A stretch of DNA of 64,000 nt from Candidatus Eiseniibacteriota bacterium (GCA_963707915.1 OY970178.1:1824001-1888000); one strand, 5' to 3'. Shown: positions 1 to 10,144, counted from the stretch's first letter. The notes: a model not told the origin generated them from the letters alone. Numbers and translations are program-made.

Positions 1-86
1 TGCCCGCACTGCCGGTCGCCCTGCTGGTCGCGGCCATCTGGTGGCTCAGCCGTCGCGGCTTCCACCGGGCGGCCGCCATCCGCTAG
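1..86 (+). CDS. 3' end of a probable membrane protein (truncated by window edge)
   Basis: Frame from nt 3 reads PALPVALLVAAIWWLSRRGFHRAAAIR* (hydrophobic helix then basic tail), TAG at 84-86. Confidence 0.5.
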   Translation, partial: PALPVALLVAAIWWLSRRGFHRAAAIR

Positions 87-251
87 GCGCCGGTCCGAGG
101 ATTCGAGCCGAGGCCGATCTCGGCACGAGCTGCCCAGGGCGATCCGAGATCGTCGGTCCCGGGGCGTCCGCCGTCGCGCCGGATGCTCCCGGAGAACCCA
201 CCTCGTCGGAGGCGTTCGGCGCGGGCGCGGCGGCTGCGCTATGCTCCCGGC

Positions 252-1400
252 ATGGACGAGTCAGGCACTCCGCCGTCGGACCCGTCGACGAAGTCCGACG
301 CACCGGAACCCGCAGCCGCCCCGGAGCCCGACACCCCGCTGCCCACCGCCGGGACGACCCCCGCGGGCGCATCGCCGGAACCCGCGCCGGGCGAAGCTGC
401 CGGGCATGGCACGCCGCCACCGGTTGGGCCGGCCCGACCACCCGCCGCCCTCGCGACGGCCACCCCGCCCACCGCGGCGCAGGTCGCGGCCGCCGCCCAT
501 CGCGCCAGGGCGGACACGGAGCGGAAGCGCCGCGCGTGGGAGGCGCGCCGCCACCAGTCGGCCGAGGCGCGCCAGGCCATCGAGGGGCAGCTGCAGGAGG
601 CGGAGCGACTTGCGCAGGGCACCGCGGGCCTTCGCAAGGCGGAGGGGCTGCTGAGCAGGGTCCGCACCGCGCTGGACGACGAGCGGCCGGATTCCCCCAG
701 CCGGTTCCTCGTCGGCCCCGACCGCCGCGCGTGCTGGGACCTCTGGCGGCGGGTCCGCAGCACGGTGAAACAGGCGCGTGGACGACAGCAGGAACTGGAC
801 CTCCGGGCCCTTTCCGATCCGATCGCCGAGACGGCCGAGTGCGCGCGCAGCGGCGACGCCTTCGAGGCCTTGAGACGGGTGAAGGAACTGCAGGCCCGTC
901 TCGGCCACGCCGGCCTCGAGCGTGGCCAGTTCGAGGAACTGCGCCGTCGCCTGTCGGAGGCCTGGCAGGCCGCGCAGACCCGCGTCACCGCGGAGCGCCG
1001 GGAGCGCTCGGCCCACCGCGAGGAATGGCGCGCCCGCATGGAAGGCCACCTCGCGCGCTGGCGCGGGACGATCGAGCAAAAGCGGGGACAACGCGAGCAC
1101 CTGCTGCAGCAGGGAGCCAAGCTCGAGGGCATGCAGAAGGACGCGCGCTCCGAGGACTTCGCGGTCAAGGTGCGGGGCTGGCTGCAGGAGAACGCGGAGA
1201 AGCTGCACCGCACCGAGGCGTCCATCGCCGAGCTCGAGGAGCGGGTCCGCACCACCGTGAAGCGGCTCGGCGGGCGCTCCGCCGGGGCGGGCGCGGGCGG
1301 AGTTCGAGCGACGGAGCCACCGCGAGCGCCGGACCCGCAGGGCGGGTCATCGCCCGGGCCCGAAGGCCACGTTCCTCCCGATCCGATCGAGGCTTCCTGA
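252..1400 (+). CDS. Coiled-coil protein with Pro/Ala-rich N-terminus, DUF349-like repeats
   Basis: ORF 183..1400, ATG at 252 preceded by TATGCT; helical repeats with periodic W (ACWDLWRRV, LSEAWQAA, EEWRARM) reminiscent of DUF349. Confidence 0.6.
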   Translation: MDESGTPPSDPSTKSDAPEPAAAPEPDTPLPTAGTTPAGASPEPAPGEAAGHGTPPPVGPARPPAALATATPPTAAQVAAAAHRARADTERKRRAWEARRHQSAEARQAIEGQLQEAERLAQGTAGLRKAEGLLSRVRTALDDERPDSPSRFLVGPDRRACWDLWRRVRSTVKQARGRQQELDLRALSDPIAETAECARSGDAFEALRRVKELQARLGHAGLERGQFEELRRRLSEAWQAAQTRVTAERRERSAHREEWRARMEGHLARWRGTIEQKRGQREHLLQQGAKLEGMQKDARSEDFAVKVRGWLQENAEKLHRTEASIAELEERVRTTVKRLGGRSAGAGAGGVRATEPPRAPDPQGGSSPGPEGHVPPDPIEAS

Positions 1401-1517
1401 CGCCGGAGGACGGCGGGGCGGGCCGCGCGCCCGTCGCCTTGCGCGCGCCCCCGCCATCCCGCATCCTGTCCCGCCGCGTTCCCCGACGGATCTCCCCGGC
1501 CCCTCCACCTGCGAGGC

Positions 1518-3201
1518 ATGATGTCGCCCGATTTCATCTACACCATGAAGGACCTCCACAAGGTAGTCCCTCCCAAGCGCGAGATCCTCAAGGGGATCTG
1601 GCTCTCGTTCTTCGACGGCGCCAAGATCGGCGTGCTCGGGCTGAACGGCGCGGGCAAGAGCTCGCTGCTGCGCATCATGGCGGGCGAGGACCCCGACTTC
1701 ATCGGCGAGGCCTTCCTGGGCAAGGGCTACACGGTCGGCTTCCTGCCGCAGGAGCCCCGGCTCGACCCGGCCAAGAGCGTGCTCGAGAACGTCCAGGAGG
1801 GCGTGGCCGATAAGATGGCCGTCGTGCGCCGCTGGAACGAGATCAGCGCGCGGTTCGCCGAGCCGCTGGACGACGACGAGATGACGAAGCTGCTCGACGA
1901 GCAGGCCAGGGTCCAGGACCGGATGGACGCCGGCAACCTGTGGGAACTGGAGCGCCACCTCGAGATCGCCATGGACGCGCTGCGCTGCCCGCCCGCCGAG
2001 CAGGACGTGACGACCCTCTCGGGCGGCGAGCGCCGCCGCGTCGCGTTGTGCCGGCTGCTCCTGCAGCAGCCGGACCTGCTGCTGCTGGACGAGCCCACCA
2101 ACCACCTCGATGCCGAGTCGGTGGCCTGGCTCGAGCGCTTCCTCAAGGAGTACGCCGGCACGGTCGTCGCCGTGACCCACGACCGCTACTTCCTCGACAA
2201 CGTGGCGGGCTGGATCCTGGAGCTGGACCGCGGCGCGGGCATCCCCTGGGAGGGCAACTACAGCTCGTGGCTCGACCAGAAACGCAAGCGCCTCGCGGTC
2301 GAGGAGAAGCAGGAGAGCGCGCGCCAGCGCACGCTCCAGCGCGAGCTCGAGTGGGTGCACATGGCCGCGCGCGCCCGGCAGGCCAAGGGCAAGGCCCGTC
2401 TCGCCGCCTACGAGAAGATGCTGGCCGAGGAGGACCGCGAGAAGCTCGAGAACATCGAGATCTACATCCCGCCCGGCCCGCGCCTGGGCAACGTGGTCAT
2501 CGAGGCCGATCACCTGCGCAAGGGCTACGGCGACAACCTGCTGATCGAGGACCTGTCGTTCAAGCTCCCGCCCGCGGGCATCGTCGGCGTGATCGGCCCG
2601 AACGGCGCCGGCAAGACCACGCTCTTCCGCATGATCACCGGCCAGGAGCAGCCCGACGGCGGCACGCTGCGCATCGGCGAGACCGTGAGCCTGGCCTACG
2701 TGGACCAGAGCCGCGACGTGCTGCCGCCCGACGCGAACGTCTGGGAGGCCATCTCGGACGGGAAGGACACCATCGAGCTGGGCAAGCGCTCGATGAACTC
2801 GCGCTCCTACGTGGCCTCGTTCAACTTCAAGGGCTCCGACCAGCAGAAGCGCGTCAAGGACCTCTCGGGCGGCGAGCGCAACCGCGTGCACCTGGCGCGC
2901 ATCCTCAAGAGCGGCGCGAACGTCCTGCTTGCTGGACGAGCCCACCAACGACCTCGACGTGGACACGCTGCGGGCGCTCGAGGAGGCGCTGCTCGAGTTC
3001 GCCGGTTGCGTCGTGGTCATCTCCCACGACCGCTGGTTCCTGGACCGCATCGCCACCCACATGCTGGCCTTCGAGGGCGACAGCCAGGTGGTGTCCTTCG
3101 AGGGCAACTACGCCGACTACGAGAAGGTGCGCCACGAGCGGCTCGGCCGCGAGGCCGACCAGCCGCACCGCATCCGGTACCGGAGGCTCGCCCGGGGCTA
3201 G
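1518..3201 (+). pseudogene. ettA: Energy-dependent translational throttle ABC-F ATPase EttA, +1 frameshift at ~2929-2931 (sequencing error or real lesion)
   Basis: FIYTMKDLHKV start, Walker A GLNGAGKS and GPNGAGKT, LSGGE, LLLDEPTN; frame breaks at GANVLL and the remainder (LDEPTNDLD...[11 protein letters not shown]) is in ORF 2929..3201. Confidence 0.9.
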
Positions 3202-3251
3202 CGCGCCCGCAAGTCCGCTGCCCGCGGGCGATTCCCGGACTCAAACCATCG

Positions 3252-3281
3252 TTGGATTCCCCGCCTCGCTGGGGCTATGAT
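3252..3281 (+). promoter_or_regulatory. Putative sigma70-type promoter of the glycoside hydrolase gene
   Basis: TTGGAT-N18-TATGAT in an intergenic stretch. Confidence 0.4.
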
Positions 3282-3347
3282 GGAGCTGGCGTCGTCCTCC
3301 TCCCGGCCGACGGACGCGCCCGGCGTGCAATCGAAGGATGTCCCCCC

Positions 3348-4910
3348 ATGCTCGTCCCAGCTCGCGCGGTGCTCGCGTGTCTGGCCGCGTTGTTGGTCGT
3401 GGCGGAGCCGCCTGCCGTGCGGGCGGAGGCCGCCTACGGCTCGGCGCTGCCCCGCTTCGCGCTGTTCGGCTGGGTGGGCCCGCCGCGCGAATCGACGACC
3501 GTGGCGCGCTACCAGGAACTGGCGGCCACGGGGTTCAACGTGACGCTGCCGGTGCTGGGCGAGACCGGGACGCTGGCGGACAACGCGCTGCGGCTCGACG
3601 TGACCCGCCCGCTCGGGGTCCGGAACCTCCTCCTCGACAACGACCTCGACAGCGTCTTCGTGGAGGAGCCCGCCTCGCTCGAGCTCGCGGACAGCATCGT
3701 CGCCCGCTACCAGGACGATCCCGCCTTCCTCGGCTACTACCTCGGCGACGAGCCTTCCGCCGCCGATTTCCCGCGGCTGGGAGAGTGGTTCGAGATCCTG
3801 CGCCAGCGCGACCCGGCCCACCCGGCCTGGAACAGCCTGCAGCCGCGATGGGCGTTCCGCACCCGCGCCGACTTCGACCAGCACGTGCACCAGTACGTGC
3901 AGGCGACGCGCCCCGCGGTGCTGTGCAACAACCAGTACGACTTCCTGCTGCGGGGCGACTCGCATCTGCTGACCGAGAACATCGCCACGCTCGGCGCGGT
4001 CGCACGGGAGAACGGGCTGCCGTTCTGGGGGATCGTCCAGTTGACGGAGCACTGGCGGTACCGCGGCGTCACCGACGGCATGCTGCGCTGGCAGGTCGCG
4101 CAGTGGCTCGCCTGGGGCGCCACCGGCATCGGCTACTTCACCTACTGGACCCCCCCGTCCGACGCCTGGACCCAGTGGAAGCCGGCGATGATCGAATGGG
4201 CCACGGGCCAGCGCACGCCCAACTACGACCGGGTGACCGCGCTGAACGCGCGCCTGGTGCCGCTCGGCAACAAGCTGGCCGGCATGCGGTACCTCACCAC
4301 CTCGTACTCGGGCTCGGTGCCCCCCGGTGGCGTGCCGTTCGCGCCCGACTCGGTGCTCGCCGCCGTCACGGGCCGCGCGACGCTGGGCCGGTTCGCGGAC
4401 TCGACGTTCTCGGCGCTCCTGTTCGTCGCCAATTCCGACTCCCTGCTGCCGCGTGCCATCACGCTCACGTTCACGGCCGGCTGCCTGCCGTTGCAGATGC
4501 GGCCCGACGGCTCGGCGTGGGATGCGCTCCCGGTGGACGCGGAGGGTCGCGTGACGCTCGAACTCGACGCCGGCGACTTCACGCTGCTGCAGATCCCGGT
4601 CCCCGAGCGCCTGGCGTCGGTGGTCCCGCGGCCGGGCACCGCCAGGCTGAGCCTGCGGAACACGCCGAATCCGGCGAGCGGCCTGGTCCGCTTCGATGCG
4701 ACCGGCACGTCCGGCCCCGCGCGGCTCGAGGTGCTGGATCTCTCCGGGCGCGTGGTCTGGTCGCGCGCGCTCGCATCGGGTGATGGCGCTGTGACCTGGC
4801 GGGGCGAACGCGAGCGCACCGGCCACGTGGCGGCCGGCATCTACTTCGCGCGGCTGCTGGACGCCCGCGGGAGCGTGGTGCGCCGCTTCGCCTGGCTGGG
4901 TCCGCGCTGA
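3348..4910 (+). CDS. Secreted glycoside-hydrolase-like protein with C-terminal FlgD-Ig/T9SS-type domain
   Basis: AAGGA RBS before ATG 3348; signal peptide ([26 protein letters not shown]); [10 protein letters not shown] motif; C-terminal NTPNP...[11 protein letters not shown]...TWRG...AGIYFARL. Confidence 0.7.
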   Translation: MLVPARAVLACLAALLVVAEPPAVRAEAAYGSALPRFALFGWVGPPRESTTVARYQELAATGFNVTLPVLGETGTLADNALRLDVTRPLGVRNLLLDNDLDSVFVEEPASLELADSIVARYQDDPAFLGYYLGDEPSAADFPRLGEWFEILRQRDPAHPAWNSLQPRWAFRTRADFDQHVHQYVQATRPAVLCNNQYDFLLRGDSHLLTENIATLGAVARENGLPFWGIVQLTEHWRYRGVTDGMLRWQVAQWLAWGATGIGYFTYWTPPSDAWTQWKPAMIEWATGQRTPNYDRVTALNARLVPLGNKLAGMRYLTTSYSGSVPPGGVPFAPDSVLAAVTGRATLGRFADSTFSALLFVANSDSLLPRAITLTFTAGCLPLQMRPDGSAWDALPVDAEGRVTLELDAGDFTLLQIPVPERLASVVPRPGTARLSLRNTPNPASGLVRFDATGTSGPARLEVLDLSGRVVWSRALASGDGAVTWRGERERTGHVAAGIYFARLLDARGSVVRRFAWLGPR

Positions 4911-4948
4911 CGTCGCGGGCCGCCGGACGACGGGACGGCCTCGAGCGG

Positions 4949-4977
4949 TTGACGCTCCGCGCGGCCCTCCCTACTCT
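4949..4977 (+). promoter_or_regulatory. Sigma70-type promoter of ispG (probably leaderless transcript)
   Basis: TTGACG-N17-TACTCT, ending 7 nt before ATG 4985. Confidence 0.6.
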
Positions 4978-4984
4978 TCGCGAC

Positions 4985-6241
4985 ATGCCTCCCGTCCGCT
5001 TCGACGGCGCGCTCCCGGAGCGCCGTCCGACCGTCAGTTGCCGCGTGGGCGGCGTGCTCCTCGGCTCGGCGCACCCGGTGGTCGTGCAGTCGATGACCAA
5101 CACCGACACCGCCGACGCGGAGGCCACCGCCCGGCAGGCCGCCGAGCTCGCCGCCGCCGGCTCGGAGCTGGTCCGCATCACGGTCAACACGCGCGAGGCC
5201 GCGGCCGCCGTGCCCGGGATCCGCAGGCGCCTCGACGAGGCGGGCGAGCACGTGCCGCTGGTCGGCGACTTCCACTACAACGGGCACCAGCTCCTCGCGG
5301 AGTACCCGGAGTGCGCCCGCGCGCTGGACAAGTACCGCATCAACCCCGGCAACGTGGGCGTGGGCGACCGGCACGACGAGAACTTTCGCCGCATGATCGA
5401 GGCGGCGATCGAGCACGACCGGCCGGTGCGCATCGGGGTGAACTGGGGCTCGCTCGACCGCGCGCTGCTCACCGCGCTCATGGACGCGAACGCCGCCCGG
5501 CCGGTACCGCGTCCCGAGCGCGAGGTCATGCGGGAGGCCATCCGCGAGAGCGCCCTGCGCTCGGCCGAGCTGGCCGAGCGTTGCGGCCTCCCCCACGACC
5601 GCATCGTGCTCTCCGCCAAGGTGAGCGAAGTGGGCGACCTGGTCGCGGTCAATCGCGCGCTCGGCGCGGCCTGCGACTACCCCCTGCACCTCGGGCTGAC
5701 CGAGGCGGGGCCCGGCATCAAGGGCACGGTGGCGAGCGCCGCCGCGCTCTCGATCCTGCTCGCCGAGGGCATCGGCGACACCATCCGCGCGAGCCTCACC
5801 CCCACGCCGGGCGGAGACCGCGCCGACGAGGTGCGGATCTGCCAGCAGGTGCTCCAGTCACTCGGGATCCGCCGTTTCACCCCGCAGGTCAGCTCGTGCC
5901 CGGGCTGCGGCCGCACCACCAGCCTGGCCTTCCAGGAGCTGGCCGCGCGCATCAGCGCGCACCTCCACGCCCGCATCCCGCTCTGGCGCGCCACCTACCC
6001 GGGCGTCGAGACCCTGCGCGTCGCGGTGATGGGCTGCGTGGTCAACGGCCCCGGCGAGAGCCGGCACGCCGACATCGGCATCTCGCTGCCCGGCACGGCG
6101 GAGGACCCGCACGCGCCGGTCTTCGTGGACGGGAAGCTCGCGGCCACGCTCCAGGGCGGGCGCATCGCCGAGGACTTCGTGCGCATGCTCGACGAGTACG
6201 TCGAGCGGAGGTTCGGGGCGGGGGCGCAGGCCCGCGGCTGA
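4985..6241 (+). CDS. ispG: (E)-4-hydroxy-3-methylbut-2-enyl-diphosphate synthase
   Basis: [56 protein letters not shown] motifs. Confidence 0.97.
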   Translation: MPPVRFDGALPERRPTVSCRVGGVLLGSAHPVVVQSMTNTDTADAEATARQAAELAAAGSELVRITVNTREAAAAVPGIRRRLDEAGEHVPLVGDFHYNGHQLLAEYPECARALDKYRINPGNVGVGDRHDENFRRMIEAAIEHDRPVRIGVNWGSLDRALLTALMDANAARPVPRPEREVMREAIRESALRSAELAERCGLPHDRIVLSAKVSEVGDLVAVNRALGAACDYPLHLGLTEAGPGIKGTVASAAALSILLAEGIGDTIRASLTPTPGGDRADEVRICQQVLQSLGIRRFTPQVSSCPGCGRTTSLAFQELAARISAHLHARIPLWRATYPGVETLRVAVMGCVVNGPGESRHADIGISLPGTAEDPHAPVFVDGKLAATLQGGRIAEDFVRMLDEYVERRFGAGAQARG

Positions 6242-6307
6242 GGCGGGCGTCCACCGGGTGACCGTCGACCGCGCCGGCAACGGGTCCGGCGCAGAACGGA
6301 GGCCAGG

Positions 6308-6643
6308 ATGAAGAAGCCGGCGATCGCGCTCCTCCTCGGGGTCGTCTCCTTCCTGCTGATGATGTTCGTCGGCGAAGCGTGGGGGCTCCCCGCGGCGTTC
6401 GCCACGCTGGCGGGCTACTTCTTCGTCTGCCAGCTCCTGCTGTCGCGGGGCAACCGCCACGCGTTGCGCACGGACACGGGCGTCATGCTGGCCCTGGGCG
6501 CCGTTCCGCTCGCGGTCGTCGTCCTGATGGCCTTCGCGGAGCGGCGGGACGTGCTCCTCACCCAGGGCGTCGGAGTCCTGCTCTCCACCGCCGCGGGCAT
6601 CGTCGCGGGAGCGTTCGCGGCATCGCGGACGGCGCGCCGGTAG
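6308..6643 (+). CDS. Small multi-TM hypothetical membrane protein
   Basis: 111 aa with about four hydrophobic segments, GGAGG upstream. Confidence 0.65.
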   Translation: MKKPAIALLLGVVSFLLMMFVGEAWGLPAAFATLAGYFFVCQLLLSRGNRHALRTDTGVMLALGAVPLAVVVLMAFAERRDVLLTQGVGVLLSTAAGIVAGAFAASRTARR

Positions 6644-6661
6644 CCACCCCGCGGCATCCGG

Positions 6662-7909
6662 TCAGCGCGCCGGCGGCCCGACCCAGAGCAGCCAGCCCAG
6701 GCCGAACGCCAGCGTGGCCAGCGTCAACGGCACGCCGATGCGCGCGTAGGCCCAGAACCCCACCCGGGCGCGGCCCCGGGACTGCTCGACCACGATCAGG
6801 TTCGCGACCGAGCCCACCAGCGTGAGGTTGCCCGCCAGCGTGCTGGCCATCGCGAGCACCAGCCAGGCCCGCTCGGGATCGGCGAACCGGCTCACCCAGC
6901 CGCGCAGCACCAGCACCGCCGGCACGTTGCTCACGACGTTGCTCAGCACGGTGGTCACCCCGGCGAGCGCGAGCTGCGAGTGGTGGGCGGCGGCCGGCAG
7001 GGCCGACAGCCAGCGGGCGGTCAGGCCCGCGCGCTCCACGCCCTCCACCACCACGAACAGCCCGGCGAACATCGTGAGCAGCGACCAGTCCACCTCGGCG
7101 TACACCGTCGCGGGGTCGATCCGGCGCGTGATCAGCAGCGCGGAGGCCGCGAGCAGCGCGGCGAGGCTGGGGGTCACCCCGGCGAGTAGCGCGACCAGGA
7201 GCAGTCCGGTCACGATCAGCGACTTGACGAGCAGGGCGCGGTCCACCGGGGCCGCGGGCGCCGGAGCGTCTTCGAACGCGGGTCCGTCCAGCTCACGGCG
7301 GAACGACCACGCGAGCCAGGCGCTGGCGAGCACCAGCCCCGCCAGGGCCACCGGGACCAGCGCCAGCGAGAAGCGCGCGTAGGAGATCCCCGAGAAGCTC
7401 GCCACCAGCATGTTCTGGGGGTTGCCCACGATCGTGGCGACGCTCCCGACGTTCGAGCCCATCGCCACGGCGAGCAGGAACGGCAGCGGCGGCCGGCGCA
7501 GGGCCGCCGCGGTCTCGAGCGCCAGGGGCGTCAGCAGGATGCAGGCGGTGTCGTTGACGAACAGCGCCGAGATCCCGCCCGCGAGCCAGACCAGCAGCAC
7601 GAGGACGCGCCGCGGCGCGTGGGCCCGGCCCACCGCGCGGGCGTCGAGCCGGGTGAAGAACCCCGCCCGCTTGAGGTGCGCCACCACGATCATCATGCCG
7701 AACAGGAGCGCCAGGGTGTGGAAGTCGATCGCGGCGACCGCCTCGTGCGGGGTGAGCACGCCGAGGCCGATCATCGCGGTGGCCCCGATCAGCGTCGCGC
7801 CGGTGCGGTCGATGCGCAGCGGCGGCAGGGAACCGAACCCGAGGACCGCGTAGGTGAGCGCGAAGACGACCAGCGCCGCGCGGGCGGGGTCGGCCGCGAA
7901 GGGACCCAC
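6662..7909 (-). CDS. Anion transporter, ArsB/NhaD/CitMHS superfamily (YbiR/Lsi2-like)
   Basis: Many TM segments; ISALFVND, SNVGSVATIVGNPQN, SNVVSNVPAV, STLAGNLTLVGSVANLIV motifs. Confidence 0.85.
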   Translation of the reverse strand: MGPFAADPARAALVVFALTYAVLGFGSLPPLRIDRTGATLIGATAMIGLGVLTPHEAVAAIDFHTLALLFGMMIVVAHLKRAGFFTRLDARAVGRAHAPRRVLVLLVWLAGGISALFVNDTACILLTPLALETAAALRRPPLPFLLAVAMGSNVGSVATIVGNPQNMLVASFSGISYARFSLALVPVALAGLVLASAWLAWSFRRELDGPAFEDAPAPAAPVDRALLVKSLIVTGLLLVALLAGVTPSLAALLAASALLITRRIDPATVYAEVDWSLLTMFAGLFVVVEGVERAGLTARWLSALPAAAHHSQLALAGVTTVLSNVVSNVPAVLVLRGWVSRFADPERAWLVLAMASTLAGNLTLVGSVANLIVVEQSRGRARVGFWAYARIGVPLTLATLAFGLGWLLWVGPPAR

Positions 7910-7913
7910 GCCG

Positions 7914-9845
7914 TCAGCTCCCCCCGAGCCGCGCCAGCACGGCGCCCGCCAGCTGCGTGAGCGAGGGGTCCCGCGCCCCCATCACCAGCACGAGGTCGCC
8001 CGCCCGCGCCTCCGCGGCGATGCGCCCGACCAGCCACTCGCGCGAGGGCGCGAACTCGGCGGCCGCGCCCCGCGCGGCGATCTCGGCGGCGATCTCGGCG
8101 GCGGAGAAGTCGCGCGTGGCGCTGCCGCCCGCGTAGAACACCTCGAGCATCCAGAACCGGTCGGCGGGACGCAGCACGGAGGCGAAGGTCTCGACGAAGT
8201 CGCCCCGCAGGAACCGCGTCGGGCCGTAGCCGTGCGGCTGGTAGACCGCCAGCACCCGCCCGCCCACGGCGCGCGCCTGCGCCGTGGCCAGGGCCGCCGC
8301 GACCTTGGCCGGGTTGTGGGCGAAGTCGTCCACCACCTCGACTCCGCGCGCCGTGCCCAGCGACTGGAAGCGACGGCCCACCCCCTGGAAGCGCCCCAGC
8401 GGCGCGGCCGTCTCCGCGAGCGGGACCCCGACGGCGCGGCAGGCGGCGATCGCGGCCAGCGCGTTCTCGACGTTGTGGCGCCCGGGCACCGGCAGCGCGA
8501 AGCGCACGCCGTCCACGGTGAAGGCCGCTCCGCCCGGCCCCAGCTCGACGTCGGTGCCGCGCACCGCCGCGCCCGCGCCGAGGCCGAACACGGTCGCGCC
8601 GGCGGCGAGCCCGGCGAGGTTCGCGCCCTCCCCCACGACGAAGGACTCGCGGACGCGCCCGCGAAGCGTGCGGAACATCGCGGCCACCTCGTCCATCTCG
8701 CGGTGATCGCGCTGCAGGTTCAGCACCACGCCCACGGCGGGCTCGTAGCGCACGACCGAGCCGTCGCTCTCGTCGGCCTCGACCACCAGCAGGTCCGAGC
8801 GCCCGGCCCAGGCGTTCCCCCACAGCCCCTGCCGCTGCAGCATCACCAGGTCGCCGCCGGTGATCACCGAGGGATCGCGCCCGGCGCCGCGCAGGATCTC
8901 GAAGATCATCGCCACCACCGTGGACTTGCCGCTGGTGCCGGTGACCGCGATCGTGCGGTGGTCGGTGACGAAGCGCGCGAGCAGCTCCGAGCGGTGCACG
9001 ACGGGCACGCCGAGGCGGCGGGCAGCGGCACAATCCGGCACCTCGCGCTCGACCGCGGTCGACACCACGAGCGCATCCGCGCCCGCGACCCCGCTGCCGT
9101 CCTGGGCCGTCACCTGGATGCCCAGCCGCTCGAGCTGGGCGCGGGCCGGGGCGCGCTCGCCGCGGTCGAAGGCCCGGTCGCTGCCGCTCGCCGCGCCGCC
9201 GCGCATGACCTGGAACTGCGCCAGCGCGCTCATGCCGCTGCCGCCGAGCCCCGCGTAGTGGAAGCGCCCGCTCCGCCAGTCGGGCGGGGGCACCTCCGCG
9301 AGCACGGCCACCAGGTCGCCCTCGGCCACGCGGTCGAACAGCTCGATCACGGCCGCGTTCGCCATCCGTACGCAGCCGTGCGACGCGGGCTCGCCCAGCG
9401 CGTCCTCGCGGTTGGTGCCGTGCAGGTAGATGGTGCGCTCGAGCGAGTCGCAACCCGGGCCGCGGTTCACGCCGTCCTCGAGGCCCTCGAGCGTGATGAT
9501 GCGCGAGAGGATCAGGTCATCGTCGCGGGTATCGCCCCGCCACACCTCGCCGGTGGGCACGCGGCTCGCGAACACCGCGCCCGCGGGCTCGCCCGCGCCG
9601 ATCCGCGCGCGGACGCGGTGCAGGCCCGGCGGCGTGCGCAACGAGCCCGACTCGCCCCCGATGCCGGCGGCGGCGGTGGAGACCGGGTACTCGGCGAGGC
9701 CCTCGCCCTGCCGGTCGAGCAGCACGAGGCGCTGGCGCGGCACGTCCACCACGAGCAGGCGTCGCCACGGGCCGGGTGGCACGGGGACCCGTGCCAGCGC
9801 CGTGCGGAAGAGGACCCCGGCGCGCCGGGGGTCGGGAATCGGCAT
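7914..9845 (-). CDS. Fusion: YkuD-family L,D-transpeptidase/carboxypeptidase domain + MurC/Mpl-like Mur ligase
   Basis: N-terminal YPVST, TPPG, IYLHGT...SHGCVRM; C-terminal GLGGSGMSALA, GTSGKST, EADESD, DDFAHNP, QPHGYGP; one open frame; ATG 9845 chosen as start. Confidence 0.88.
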   Translation of the reverse strand: MPIPDPRRAGVLFRTALARVPVPPGPWRRLLVVDVPRQRLVLLDRQGEGLAEYPVSTAAAGIGGESGSLRTPPGLHRVRARIGAGEPAGAVFASRVPTGEVWRGDTRDDDLILSRIITLEGLEDGVNRGPGCDSLERTIYLHGTNREDALGEPASHGCVRMANAAVIELFDRVAEGDLVAVLAEVPPPDWRSGRFHYAGLGGSGMSALAQFQVMRGGAASGSDRAFDRGERAPARAQLERLGIQVTAQDGSGVAGADALVVSTAVEREVPDCAAARRLGVPVVHRSELLARFVTDHRTIAVTGTSGKSTVVAMIFEILRGAGRDPSVITGGDLVMLQRQGLWGNAWAGRSDLLVVEADESDGSVVRYEPAVGVVLNLQRDHREMDEVAAMFRTLRGRVRESFVVGEGANLAGLAAGATVFGLGAGAAVRGTDVELGPGGAAFTVDGVRFALPVPGRHNVENALAAIAACRAVGVPLAETAAPLGRFQGVGRRFQSLGTARGVEVVDDFAHNPAKVAAALATAQARAVGGRVLAVYQPHGYGPTRFLRGDFVETFASVLRPADRFWMLEVFYAGGSATRDFSAAEIAAEIAARGAAAEFAPSREWLVGRIAAEARAGDLVLVMGARDPSLTQLAGAVLARLGGS

Positions 9846-10144
9846 GGGGCCACTCTGCCACAACCGACCGGCAAAGCGAACGCGACCATGAGCGGGACCT
9901 GCCGCCGGGTCCGTTCCGAAATGGTTCTCTTCATCGGTACGCCCGAGTGGTAGTGTAACGCTCAGGAGACAGGGATCCGATCGTCGACTCGAGCCACGCG
10001 TTCCCCCGGCACCCTCTCGCCTGGAGCGGTCGACTGCATCGAGCCTCCTGATTCGCGGGTGTCGCGTCGGGAGACACCGGGCCTTCGAGAATCCCGTGAC
10101 GGCCCGCGTTCGATGAACGACATCGCACGAGCCTGGAGGTGCGA

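Noticed and set aside
1518..4910. 1130-aa EttA-glycoside hydrolase fusion in the ORF track
   Set aside because: Produced by the +1 frameshift in ettA; the hydrolase has its own promoter-like sequence, RBS and signal peptide, and the joining region is off-frame sequence
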